DNA from: the human T2T-CHM13v2.0 reference genome, Homo sapiens
Direction: 5' to 3' (one strand)
NCBI RefSeq assembly: GCF_009914755.1
Contig: NC_060941.1
DNA length: 64,000 nucleotides
The notes beneath the pieces are model-generated. The model was given only the letters and a program-made list of their open reading frames with translations. It was not told the DNA's origin and searched no databases. Position numbers and translations under genes: made by a program. Positions 28,430 through 42,329 of the stretch are shown piece after piece (within the stretch, counting starts at the first letter, position 1; the number at the start of each line of letters is the position of its first letter).

Positions 28430-28600
28430 GTTTAGTTTGCATGGTTTATGAGCCAGGCACCGCCTGTACATTGCTTCATTCAGCCCTCCCAACAGCTCTA
28501 GCAGGCAGGTACACTTCTTACTCTTCCCATTCTTCAGATAAAGAAACCAAGGCCCCAGCTGGTGAAGCGACTGTGGCCACAGTAACTGAGTCAGCTGGCC
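28430..28600 (-). mobile_element. MIR
   Basis: gccaggcac..cccattcttcagataaagaaaccaagg. Confidence 0.65.
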
Positions 28601-28993
28601 CGTCCCCCAGAGCAGGTTACCCCATCTGCCTGTCTCACCCACAGGTGGAAAGAAGTACCCCGCCCTGTGGGAGGCGAGAATGAACGTGGCCACAGAACAC
28701 CAAAATGCACAGGGCCTGCCTTCCCTGCTGGAGTTTGTGCAGATCACAGTGGCAGTATTGGGTACTTCATAGGCGGGCCCCTCCCAGCCGCATCAGGGAG
28801 GGCTATGGGCCAAGGAGCAGCTGAACTTGAACTGGGCACTGGGCTGGCCATTTCCAAGGTGGCCCTGTGGAGCCCCTGTTCTCCTCCCCAGTAAAATGGC
28901 AAAGGTAACTTCTGGCCCGTGGAGCCATCTCCACACACAGCTCACAAAATGACGCTGAGAAGGGCAGGTGTGATTGGAAGGCACTGCCAGTGA

Positions 28994-29387
<394 letters not shown>

Positions 29388-30779
29388 TGAAGTGAGTTCT
29401 TCTTCCAATTCAATACAATTTGATTCAATTGAATCCAGCCCCACTGAACAAACACACAGCCAGGCATTTGGATCTGAAGCCAGGTCCAGAGCCTTGGAAG
29501 GGTACGTCTGTGGCTCTGCTGGAGGCAGGCTCGGGCCCATGGGCTGAGAAGGTGAAGCAGGACCAAGCCAAAGATTCAGGGCTTCACCTCTCTTCCCGAA
29601 CACCTCCGTGTCCCCTGTCCCTTCTCCTCTACTGGCCCAGGCTCTATGCCCAAGCCCTTAGAAGTCCTCCCAGCACAGTAACTCCTTTCGGCTCTGGAAT
29701 TCCCAGTCTTTAGGCCACATCAGCCCAGATGGGAGCTGGCAGAGTAGCCTGTTCACCCCACCCCATCCAACCCAGCTTCTCTGCCTCTGCCAACCCTTCT
29801 CTCCTGAGAGATTGCTGGCATTTCTTGAGTTCTCTTAAATGTGTCACACACGTACGAGTGTCTTTATTTAGTCAAGGTGAAATATGTCCTACCTGCACTG
29901 TGTGAACCCGGGGTTGCAGTGGCATCTGGAGGCCCAGGGGCTGAGCCACATTTCAATCACCAAAGAGTCCCCATTTTTGAAAGCTCCAGAACTAGAAGGA
30001 TGGTCAAAGAGCCGGTCGAGCCTGATGCCTCAACCACAGGGTCCAATCTGTTTTCCTGGTTCTTCGGGCCAGGAGCTCCCCGAGCCCAGCTTCGTCCTCC
30101 ATCGTTTCACAGAACCTCCAGGGTCACGAAATTCCCTGCACCTCCCCGGAGGCTCTTGTGCATGGAAAGGAAGGTGGTCTCTGTGCAGAGCAGCCCACAA
30201 TTTGGGAGCAACCAACTCCAGTGGTGGCCTGGTTGCCCATCCCTGGGATGGTGCCTCGCTTCGTGTTTCTGAGATGTCGGCTCCCCCTCCTCTTCTGCAC
30301 TCCCAGCATTTTCTATGTCTCTGGTCCTTGCCCCACCTACCCAATCCTGGGGGCGGGGGAAGGAGAGAGGCCCCCCAGGTTCATTCCCATTCCATGGGCC
30401 TTTTGGATGACATCCCACGGGCGTGCTCCCAGGGTCATGAAACACGGAGCTGATTCTCAGCCTCACTGTTAGCAAACACTGCTCTCAGCCACTCAGCGGG
30501 ATAATCAATTATGGTAATTTTTGCCTCCATGAATCAGGTTCATGGAGGAACACAGGGATCAGCACAGTGGTGCCGACTTCCCCAAGTGCACATGCAGTCA
30601 CACCCTTCAGCAAAGCCCAGACAGAGCAAGACCCGCCTGCCAGGCTCAAATTGTCTCCACACTCCCAGAGTCCACTCCACACTGCCCACTGCCCCCAGGA
30701 GACGGCGGGGCACTGCACAACTCCACACTCTTCCTGGGGGAGCAGGGAGGGCTGTGGTTGGGGTGAGTGCCCAATGTGG

Positions 30780-30916
30780 AGCCCCTGGTCTGCTTTCCCA
30801 CTAGACTGTGATGCCCCCATGGGCAGAGGCCATATCTTAGAGGTCCTGGTGTCCCCAGACACTGGTGTGGGGCCACCATGGACCAGAGGCAGTGGATGTT
30901 TGCTGAATGAATGAAC
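30780..30916 (+). mobile_element. L2 3' end
   Basis: Ends atgtttgctgaatgaatgaa. Confidence 0.65.
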
Positions 30917-31733
30917 AAGGGAATGAAATTGTAACAGGTAAGGGTTTGACTCCAGAGGTCAGAGCTGGACCCCTGTTTTGAAGCATGGGATTGGACACTT
31001 TGAGAATAATATTTGCTCTTGGGGAATCCCAGCCACGGATGTGCATTTATCCACCTGGAGAGGCCTTTTCTCATGTTCTCCCTTTCTGTCCTGTCTCTCC
31101 TTTAGGCCCCTTGATTCCACCTGGCTCACAGTTCAACTTCCCACCTTCGCACTAGTCCCTCCAAAGACGAGTTCCTTGTGGGCTTTTCCCTGCAATTCTC
31201 CTCAAGGACATGTGATTCTGTCTTTATTGAACTCCATCCAAATGACGGAAGTCTCCCACCTCCCAAAGCCTTTAACCCTAGCTGTCTTCTGTCCATAAAA
31301 CATTTCATTCTTCAGAAATTAAACTGGGGCTTGCTTGTGTGGCCCTTGAAATGAAAAGCACATGTGTTCCTTAGTAAAACTCATCGTTAGTGGATCATGC
31401 AAGACAACTGGCCAGAAAAAAACCGCTCATGTCAAAATCAGACCACTCCCACTCATTGGTGGCCCTTCAGCTTAGCTGTCACACATACATCCCTTCTCTC
31501 CCAAGATAGATGCAAGTTACTTGATTATGGGGAAGGTCTAGAAAGGCACAGAGCAAGCGGAACGTGGATTTCTGCATGGATGTGTCCCCAGCTCTTTGAT
31601 AAAGTCAATTTCTTAGCAGTGGCCATCATGTCTCTTATTTATTGAGCATCTACTGTGTCAGGCACTGAATATACATCATTGACCTCAAGTCAGCCCCATT
31701 AGGGACACATTCCTACCCTTGATACCAAGATGA

Positions 31734-32086
<353 letters not shown>

Positions 32087-32109
32087 TAAATTTTTCAATT
32101 AAAAAAAAA

Positions 32110-32436
<327 letters not shown>

Positions 32437-32754
32437 TGTTTCGCTTTAAGTTTGAGCCCTCTGCGTAACACCATCCTGCACTTCTGGGGAGGTGATATGT
32501 GGAGATTCCATCATTTTGGGACACCTCTTCTTAACTCCATTGGCAAGGACAACTGAATCAGCCACAGATGATGGCTGGGAAGAGGGGCAAGGAAAAATGG
32601 GGCCTGTCCTGGTGCCAGGGTTCAGGGGAGCACAACTAACTGATGTTGACGTGGAAGGTGCTGAGGAAGGTGACTCTGTGCTGAGGAAGGTTCCACTGTG
32701 ACCACGTGGAACTGTTTGTGCAGGAGGAAGCTTGACTGTCTGAAGCAGGGAGAT

Positions 32755-33132
32755 GGTTTTTGTCACTTTGGCTGCCATGATAATACCATAGACTGCCGGC
32801 TTAAACAACAGAAATGTATTTCTCCCAGTTCTGGAGGCTGGAAGTCTGTGATTAGGGAGCAGTGTGGTCAGGCGCTGGTGAGGGCTCTTGTCCTGGCTTG
32901 CAGACAGCCGCCTTCTCACTGTGTCTTCACATGGCAAGGAGACAGCGTGAAAGCAGTCTCCCTGGTGTCTGTTCTTGTAAGGGCACTAATCCCATTGCCC
33001 AAGGGACCCTCCCTCATGACCTCATCTAACCCTAATCACCTCCCAAAGGTCCCATCTCCAGATATCATCCCTTAGGGAGTTAGGGCTTCCATATAGGAAT
33101 TTTGGGGAGTGACCGACATTTAGTGCAGCACA
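32755..33132 (-). mobile_element. MLT1A-like MaLR LTR
   Basis: ggcttaaacaacagaaat..cagttctggaggctggaagtc..aagggcactaatcccatt..aatcacctcccaaagg. Confidence 0.88.
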
Positions 33133-34119
33133 CACAGCTTCCACGTATTCACTCGATTCTTTGCTTTCTTTCCTTCCATGTTTTCCTAAATGTGCAGTGA
33201 CGGTGCTTGGACCTAGTTTATGGTCAGAGTAGATTTATTTGGCATTGTACGAGTTCCTGCAGCAGAGGCACTGGTGCCAGGAAAGACCTTGGGAGCTCTG
33301 GTTCCCAGGGTGCTGCTGCTGCTGGTGGAGGGGGTGCTACCTGAGGAGCCCCGGGGTGGGGGGCAGGCCGTATGGAGGGTCCTCGAGGCAGCTTTGAGAA
33401 ACTCCCAGTGCACCACTCTCTTGTGTTACTTCAGATTTTATGAAACGATCTGTTTGTGCTCTTTCCCTAAGGGGAGCTGGAGGTGAAGGGTGCAATTTTA
33501 TAAATCACTATAAAATTATAAAATTTTTTATAAATTATAAAAAATCAACTGTGGGTGGCTTAAACCTGGCTTGTGATGACGGTGATCAGAGCAGGAGAGC
33601 CACATCTATTTAATGTGATGTTTTCCTCCTTCTTCTGAATAGAAATTTGCCTTTAGAGAGGAAAGGAGGGGAGAGAAGAGGAGAGGGGAGGGAAGGGGAA
33701 GGGAGCATAGGGCAGGAGAGGGCAGGGGAGGGAATCTGGCTTATGGCTCTGAGCCATAAACTGTCACCATTAGGGAGACCGGGGAGTTCTGGCAGGTTCT
33801 GGCCATCACAGTAGTCCCTGGAGTGGCTTTGGGTTCTGAGCACACTGCCCATACTTAGGTCTGTGGGAAGGGCCACCCCCTTACTGGGCCTCCACAGGGC
33901 AGCAGGGCAGGGCTTAGGGGTTATACGCCGTGCTCAGAGCAGTTTTGCCTCCTCTCCCAGGAAGCCCGGGCAGGGCTCCACAGCAACCTGCCTGGAGTCC
34001 CACCTTCAAGGTCCTTCTAGGCACTCTAGGCCTTCAGCTGTGCTCCAGTGGGGCCTTACTCCTCCTCTGCCTGCGTGGACACTGCTGTGGGCCCCGTGAC
34101 AGCAGCATGCATGCCTAGC

Positions 34120-34360
34120 ACTTGCTGAATGTATGCCAGGCTACCTGCTGGGGACTGTGTTTTTCTGGGGTTATGCCATTGATGATGTCATTTCAGCTTT
34201 ATAACCACCCTAGGGGGCAGGTACTATGATCACTTCCAGTTTCCAAACATCAAATCTGAAGCTTGGGGAAGTGAAGCAGATTGCCCTAAATGCCACAGCT
34301 GGTAGCGGTTGCAGCTGAGTTTGCGTCGAGACCCACCTGACCACAAGCTTGTGCTTAGAG
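34120..34360 (-). mobile_element. MIR
   Basis: aaccaccctagggggcaggtactat..gaagtgaagcagattgcc..ccacagct. Confidence 0.6.
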
Positions 34361-35177
34361 CTGATTATTCTGCTCAGGCCAAGCACTCCCGGATAAACCC
34401 TGGAGTGTCAGAGTGAGCAGGGGGCAAACCAACGTGGCCCCAGGAGAAAACCCACTGTACTCCTTTTGCTCATTGCCGGGTCTAACTCCAACCTGCCTCC
34501 CACCCCAGCACTTGTGCAGCCTCAACGCCCAACATCAGCCCAAACCTTCTGTGACCAGTTGACTCTTCCAGCTGTGCTGGGCTTTGCAAAGCCCATGTGC
34601 CTTTGCCCTGGGGTGTCATTTGGGACTGTGGAGTCGACCACAGTCAATTGCTTGGGTGATATATTAGAGGTTCTGTCTGGTGGGATGAGGTCTGCAGGCA
34701 CCTGGCTGCCCTCAGGTGGGAGGGTGTGGGGAAGGTGCTGGCTTTGCATGAGCGGAACTTAGCGCACACCTGTGGACTGAACTGAACTCACTGGCCCACC
34801 CCTGAGCACCCTTGACAACACCCAAGCTGTGCCACAGACACCATAGTGTATCCTCCACCTGTCCCTGGGTCAGCCAGGCTCAGAAACAGAAGCCCAGAGA
34901 AGGAATTTTGCCAAGGTTGACACAGCTTCCAAAGGGCAAAGCCAAGACAAGAAGGCGCAATGCCACCAAGCAGATGGCAGTGGAGGAGACAGAGACCCCA
35001 CTGAGGATGCAGAAATGGCCTGCGGTCCCAGAGGTAGGGGGCAGGTGGGAGGCCCAGTGTGGCATCTCTGCCCTGGAGCATCTCCAGACAGGCAAGTTTC
35101 AGGGGCCAGAGCCCAGCACTGGGTCATCTCAACAATCCATAGACACCCTCGGCCTTCCACACATGAAGGAGATACCA

Positions 35178-35605
35178 CCGCACAGGGCAGAATGGTGTCC
35201 CCAGAGTCCATGTCCATCCGGAACCTTATTTGGAAACAGGTTCTTTGCAAATGTAATTAGTGAAGATGAGGTCATAGTGGAACAGACTGGGCCCTACATC
35301 CAATGCCCGGGGTCCTCATCAGTTGAGGAGAGGACACAGAGAGACACGCATTGGGTGAGGGTGTGTGAGGATGGAGGCGGAGATTGGAGTGATGTAGCCA
35401 CAGGCTAGGGCGCGCTGAAAACTGCCAGGAGACTTGAAAGGACAAGGAAGGAACCTGCCCAGAACTTTCAGACAGCAGGGCCCTGAGACACCTGCATTCC
35501 AGACCTCAAGGCTCCATCTCCAGAGCAGTAAGAGAATAAACTTCTGTTGTATGAAGCCTCCCAGTTTGTGGTCATCTGTTACGGCAGCCACAGGAGAGTA
35601 ACCCA
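35178..35605 (+). mobile_element. MLT1B/C MaLR LTR
   Basis: ccttatttggaaacagg..gagattggagtgatg..aataaacttctgttgt..ttacggcagcc. Confidence 0.88.
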
Positions 35606-35820
35606 CCCACCCTCCCCACCTTCAGGGCAGTGCCAGCGAGGGCTGCGGGCGCACAGTGGGCCTGGTTTTCACCCCCTGCCTGCACCCTACTCACTCTGGG
35701 CTTGCTGGGCCTGGTTCCCAGAGCATGGTGGCCCTTTCTTCACGGTCATTGCTCTTCCACGACTTCTCCATGATGTTATTCCTGACCACGCAAACACTGT
35801 CACAGGTGCCCCTCCTAGAG

Positions 35821-36221
35821 CCTTCCCTTCTCCCTTCCCTTCCCTTCCCTTTTCTTTCCTCTTTCTTCTCCCATTCCTTTCCTTCCTTCCTTCTTCTTCC
35901 TTCCTTCCTTTATTCTCCTTCCTTCCTTCCTTCCCCCTCTCCTTTATCCCTTTCCTTCCTTCTTTTCCTTCCTTCTTTCATTCTCCTTCCTTTCCTTTCC
36001 CTTCCCTTTCCTTCCCTCCCTCCATCCCTCCCTCCTTTCCTTCCTTCCTCTCTTCTTTCTCCCATTCCTTCCTTTTTTCTTTTCCTTCTTTCATTCTCCT
36101 TCCCTTTCCCTCCCTCCCTTCCTTCCTCCCTTTTCTTTTCTTTCCCTCCTTCCTTCTTTCTTTCTCCCTCCCCTCCCCTTCCCTCCTCTCCCTTTCCTTT
36201 TCTCTTTTTGTTTTTCTTTTC
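35821..36221 (+). repeat. About 400-bp polypyrimidine (CCTT/TTCC-type) low-complexity tract
   Basis: Almost exclusively C and T; abuts the tail of an AluJ. Confidence 0.95.
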
Positions 36222-36415
36222 TTTTTGAGACAGAGTCTCACTCTGTTGCTCAGGCTGGAGTGCAGTGCCATCTTGGCTATCTGCAAACTCCGCCTCTCAG
36301 GCTCAAGTGATCCTCCCACCTCAGCCTCCCAAGTAGCTGGGTCTACAGGCGTACGCCACCACACCCGGCTCATTTTTGGGTTTCACCTTGTTGTCCAGGC
36401 TGGTTTGGAACTCCT
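36222..36415 (-). mobile_element. AluJ fragment
   Basis: ggctcaagtgatcctcccacctcagcc. Confidence 0.88.
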
Positions 36416-36559
36416 AATGGGGCACACTAGAGGGACCTAGAGGCCACATGCCACGGTGGCCTCACACAATTGGACCCCGAGAAAGACCGTTCAGACCAAA
36501 GGACCCCAGGAAAATGGTTTTTCCTTTGATGTTTATTTGGAAGCCACTTTTTTGGTTTG

Positions 36560-37058
<499 letters not shown>

Positions 37059-38420
37059 AGAACATTTTGGATTTTAATCCACTTTTTAAGACAATGAGAA
37101 TCACGTCATTGGCCCCATTTCCCATTTTGCTTCAGCCACGAGCATGTCAGAAAAAAAAAAAATTGTTGCTCAACCTTACTGGTTGTATCAAAAAGCCCCA
37201 CTGCCTCATTTTCCTGCCCTCTCTGTCTTCCATTGTCTGACCTTGGCTTTTATCTGCTGACGTGCTTCCGTCTGATTTTATGTGGCTATGGCAATGGAAA
37301 ACCATCTATAGAATGACATGGACACAAGCTGAAACGACCCTGCCTCAGGTCATTCTCCAAGTCCTCCCTGATGCCACAGGGGGCTGTGTGCCTCCGGGAG
37401 AGCCACCTTCCCTCCCTGCCTTGCAGCCAGGCACAGGGCACAGCACTGCATGAGAGGAACAGTCCCACCCCCGACTGCTCGTGGACTGTGGGCCTTGGAC
37501 ACCTTTGGGCTTCTGGATTTCTTGGTCACCTCCTCTTGCTGGTGTCTGATTACGCTGAGTGGGCTGTTCTTCCTTCTACTGTGAACCTAAGGGAAGCGGA
37601 GTCCCTGTCTGAGCTGCTCTCTCCGGAGCTGGCGCTGCACGCCATATTCCCTCCAACACTCAGCTGAGACAGAGTTCAGCAATGATGGTGTCCAGATGGC
37701 CGTCCAGTCCCCACTTGGCTGCTGTCTGCTGCACCTGTCCCCCTGCTCCCGGCTGTGGAGAGCCAGCCTGCCTATGTTCACAGGCACAGCCGGGATGTCT
37801 CTCCTATGCTGGTGAGATCTCAAGACCCATCCGACATCCCTTGGAGAGATGGAAACTCTTTGAGACCTGAAGAGGCACCACCTCTCTGCAGAGAGGGATG
37901 TGGCTGGACCGAGGACGCGGCCTCCCAGCAGAAGTGTTGCAGGGGATGCTGGGTTTGGTCCTGCCCATGTGTGGCTGTGAGCAGTGCCAATGGGATGGGG
38001 GTGGGGGGAGAACGGCGGAGACAGGAAAAGGAGCCGAGTTAATACACAGGGCAGACGGCACCACTCAGCACGCAGGCAGCTGGAGAATGCCGGCTTCTTA
38101 GATGAGCGCGTTTCGTTATCAACAATTTAGACATGTCCTTTCTCCTTTGGGAGATGGGCAAAATCTCATTTCCTGAGCAAATCCCCTAAGAAACCAACCT
38201 ATTCATTCCTCTAAGATTTTCAGAAATCCGTCTCCATCAACCTACTTACAAAATAAAAGTAGCTAATAGGCCAAGTGTGCTGGAGGCTGGCTGCTAGAAT
38301 GGCTGGTCTGTGGAGCCCACGGGAGCCAGCCGGAGGTCCTAAAAATGCCCAGGATGAAAGGTGGGAGATACAGCCAGCTCATCTCCCCACCCTGGCTGGC
38401 TTCGGTAATGCCACAGGTAG

Positions 38421-38791
<371 letters not shown>

Positions 38792-38959
38792 TAGAATTAG
38801 AGAAAAGCAATGCAGAGTTTTGCATCTGGGGAAAAATCACAGGGTGGGGCATCTGCCACTCTTCCAGCTCCAGAGAAGAGAAGGCAAGGCAGGACCCTGG
38901 CTGTGCTTGGAACTTAGATCTGGCGGTTGATCCATGTTCTGAGTCAAGCTGGGATGGTT

Positions 38960-39160
38960 GGTAAACCTCCCATGGGTTACTCAACATCGAAGTGCCTCAG
39001 TTTACTCCCCTGTAAAAGCGGGGGTGACAGTAGGACCCACCTCTAGGTATAGGGATGAAAGGCAGCCCAACCCTTAGCACAGTGCCTGGCCCACAATGGG
39101 AGGAAACAGAGCCACCCTTAGCACAGTGCCTGGCCCACAATGGGAGGAAACAGAGCCACC
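38960..39160 (+). mobile_element. MIR with a perfect 44-bp tandem duplication at its 3' end (39070-39157)
   Basis: gtgcctcagtttactcccctgtaaaa core; acccttagcacagtgcctggcccacaatgggaggaaacagagcc x2. Confidence 0.8.
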
Positions 39161-39361
39161 AGAGGCAGTCACAGCAGGAGCTGCTCAGGGCTGCAGTGAG
39201 CTCCGGTGGGGAGACCCTGGGCTGTGGGTTTCACCCAAACAGGGCGAAGGGGCGGGGCTCTCCTCTACCTCCGGGGCACAGGAGAGGGAGGGACGTTTGG
39301 AACAAACCCCAAGAAGACTTCTGCACCTCTTGGACCCAAGTGATGAAAAGGCTGGTGGCTT

Positions 39362-39522
39362 TGTTTTGTGTGTGTGTGTTTTTTTTTTGGAGATGGAGTC
39401 TTGCTCTGTCCCCTGGGCTGGAGTGCAGTGGCGCAATCTTGGCTCACTGCAACCTCTGCTCCCGGGTTCACGCCATTCTCCTGCTTCAGCCTCCCGAGTA
39501 GCTGGGACTACAGGCGCCCGTC
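39362..39522 (-). mobile_element. 5'-truncated AluY-like (right monomer) with (TG)n in the tail
   Basis: cacgccattctcc diagnostic; TSD ggctggtggctttg on both sides. Confidence 0.9.
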
Positions 39523-40529
39523 AAGGGCTGGTGGCTTTGAAGTGATCAAAAGCCAGGTGTCTGTCCCTGGAAGGGTGGGGGGTCTTAGAGACTTTGGTGG
39601 GATTCACTTGCACCAAGATGCCTTCTACCCGGGAGGAGGCTCAAACCTGAATGAATGCAACGTCATTTCCACGTGTTAAACTGCACTCCCCAACCTAAGC
39701 TAGTTTCCCTGGGAGGTAACGATTTTTGAAACAAAACCAAGAGTAGCTCCCATGGGCAACTGTGGGCCTGTGCTTGGTGTCCCCCACAGTGACGGCCGGA
39801 GTGCTTTGCACATCTCCTCCAGAGGATTCTCACCCCACAACCCTATCGGGGGGTGCTTGTGTCCCTAGGCACAGGTAAGGAGCTGAGGCAATGGGGGTCC
39901 CCGTTGACTCACTCTCTTTGGGGACTGAGGCTGGCAGGGAGTGTTGGGTGTTGCCACGCAGAGCCACTCAGCATCCAGCCTCACTTACCAGCAAGCTCCA
40001 GCTCCGCAGAGATTCTCCTTCTTGGAGGCCTCAGAGCTCTGCAGCTCAGCGGGCAGCTGGAGGCCCACATCCACTGCCTCTTCTGTGGGAGGGCCCCCGC
40101 CTGCCACTCGCCAAGCCCCCATTCTGAGCTGGGACCTGCCTCCATCGGCTGGGATGCGGTGCGGTCTTCCGCCAGCGGGGCCAGAACCCAGAGCGAGGCT
40201 GCCTCCCCTGGGTCGGCAACGCCACCTCGCTTCCTGCAGCTGACAAAGGACTCCTGAGGCCACTAACCCTTCCAAGCCCTGCAAAACCATCTCTGGAACC
40301 ACCCTGAAGCTAGGGACTCGGCTCAGGAACTGCTGCTTGCTGGGGCGTCGAAAGCCAAGTGCGCTCAGGTCTTCAAAGCCACCGTTTGTGCTTGGGCTGC
40401 GGATTCTGGCTAGTGAGATGCTGAGCTGTGAACAAAGTCAGAGTCCACTCATAACCACCTCCCTCTGTTCCCTGTGTCTCGGCCCGCTCGGCTCCAATGC
40501 TGCTGCAGTCACCGTCTTTTATTCCCTGT

Positions 40530-41048
40530 ATTCTGATGCTTTGACATCTGAAGCCTTGCTGGCCCTGGGGAGACGGCTCCTCCCAAAGTAGCAGATTCCG
40601 AGAGGCAGCAAACAACGGGCTTGGGGTGTGCTTTTTCACCTGCAAACCGGCCAACCAGATCCCACACCCCAAGCCCCTGCCTCTATCGGGGTCCCATGCT
40701 CCCGGAGACTGTTTACCTGTCCTAATCACCCCAGAGCCAGGTACAGACAATCAGATCCAGCCCCATAGCCCAGAGCTCACTGAAATGATCCAAACCAGCC
40801 AGCCCCAAAACCACTTCCCCTGCCTCGCCCGTTCCTTCCTAGGGAAACCACAGTCAAGACCCCTGCCCCTGTGAACCCCCATTCCCTCTGCCTCCCGACC
40901 AAACCTGGTACCTCCCTGTGTGTCCCTGATGCCGAGTTCCCTGTCTCTAGGGATCTGTCCCTAGATAGGCTTCTTCTGCCATGCCAGTCATTTCTGTATC
41001 TGTGTGTCTTTTTTACCCCATTAAAACAAATTCCAGGTATCCTTAGAT
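40530..41048 (+). mobile_element. MER73/MER74-family ERVL solo LTR
   Basis: aatcaccccagagccaggtacagacaa..ctgcctcgcccgttccttcc..ggaaaccaca..attaaaacaaattccaggta. Confidence 0.75.
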
Positions 41049-41877
41049 CCCCACCAGCCTCACCATCCTAGCTGCACCTGCCGGCATCCCTGGCATCGCT
41101 TTGGCTCTTGCGAGAGGGAGCCAGTTTTAAGGATGAAACCGTAATGCTTCCCTGGTGGTAAGGAGTTCCTTAGCGCTTGGTGCAGCTCAGAGGCTGCTGG
41201 CTCAACCGGATTCAGAGTTTCCACTGCCACAGCCGCGTCAGAAAGACTATTACTGCTCAGCAATTGCCTTTCGGGATTAATACATCTTTACTCACATGAT
41301 CAATTTCAGTCTCCTACTGGATACGGCCTCAGAAGTGAAATGTGAACATGGACTTCTATCACACCCATGTCCCGGTGAACGTCCATCTGCAACTAACCCA
41401 CATTGACAAGCAGCTAATTTGCAGATTGTGCCTGTATCGACAGTTGGGTTTGTTTAATAATAGATAGTTGCTGTCTTCCCTGGGTTCTGTTCATGCAGAA
41501 GGTCTTTGCTGAGACGGAACACGATAAATTGCGAATGTGTTTACATGGACATTCCCAAGGCCCCGGGGCTCGTGGTCAGACTTTAAAGAATAATAAAAAT
41601 AATTTTTGTTGTAGGAGGAGTTCCTGATGAGGGCGCTTAAATGAGCCGATCACTCGGCGTGGGCAGGAGCACCATGCAGGGAGACCCAGCCTCACTGCTT
41701 GGCCGATACTCAATGAACATTTGCCTCAACAGATAAACACGCTTGCTTGAGCTTCATATGCCCTCCCAGGCTTTGAGGACCTCTGATTTATAAAAATAAA
41801 GCAGCGTTGAGGTGCCACAGGACAGTATCCTCTGCAAGACTCCCTTCGGCAGCCACCCCTGTGCTTGGCTGTCCCCG

Positions 41878-42240
41878 TTTCTTTCTTCCTTTCTTTCCTT
41901 TTCTTTTTCTTTCCCTCCCTCCCTCCCTTCCTTTCCCTCCCTCCCTCCCTTTCTCTCTCTCTCTTTCTCTCTTTCTTTCTTTCTTCCCTGAGTTTCGCTC
42001 TGCAGTACAGTGGCTCACTGCAACCTCCACCTCCCGGGTTCTCCCAAGCAATTCTCCTACCTCAGCCTCCTGAGTAGCTGGGATTACATGTACGTGCCAC
42101 CAAGCCCGGCTAATTTTTGTATTTTTAGTAGAGACGAGGTTTCACCATGTTGGCCCGGCTGGTGTCCCAACCTCAGGTGACCCACCTGCCTCTGCCTCCC
42201 AAAGTGCTGGAATTACAGGTGTGAGCTGCCGCGCCCGGCC
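41878..42240 (-). mobile_element. AluS with internal deletions and an expanded CT-rich tail (41878-41989)
   Basis: TSD tgtccccgtttct / tatccctgtttct. Confidence 0.9.
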
Positions 42241-42329
42241 TATCCCTGTTTCTGATGTGAGCTCAGCCTCCTCAGCAGCTCCCCTTCTCCCTTGTCCCCT
42301 TCTGGTCCTAGCCACACACCCTGGATGCT

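Noticed and set aside
34801-34822. Full NRSE-like ctgagcacccttgacaacacc
   Set aside because: At least three mismatches at conserved positions.
35547-36440. 297-aa ORF (longest in the track)
   Set aside because: Formed by an MLT1 end, a stop-free CT tract and an AluJ; low-complexity F/L/P/S composition.
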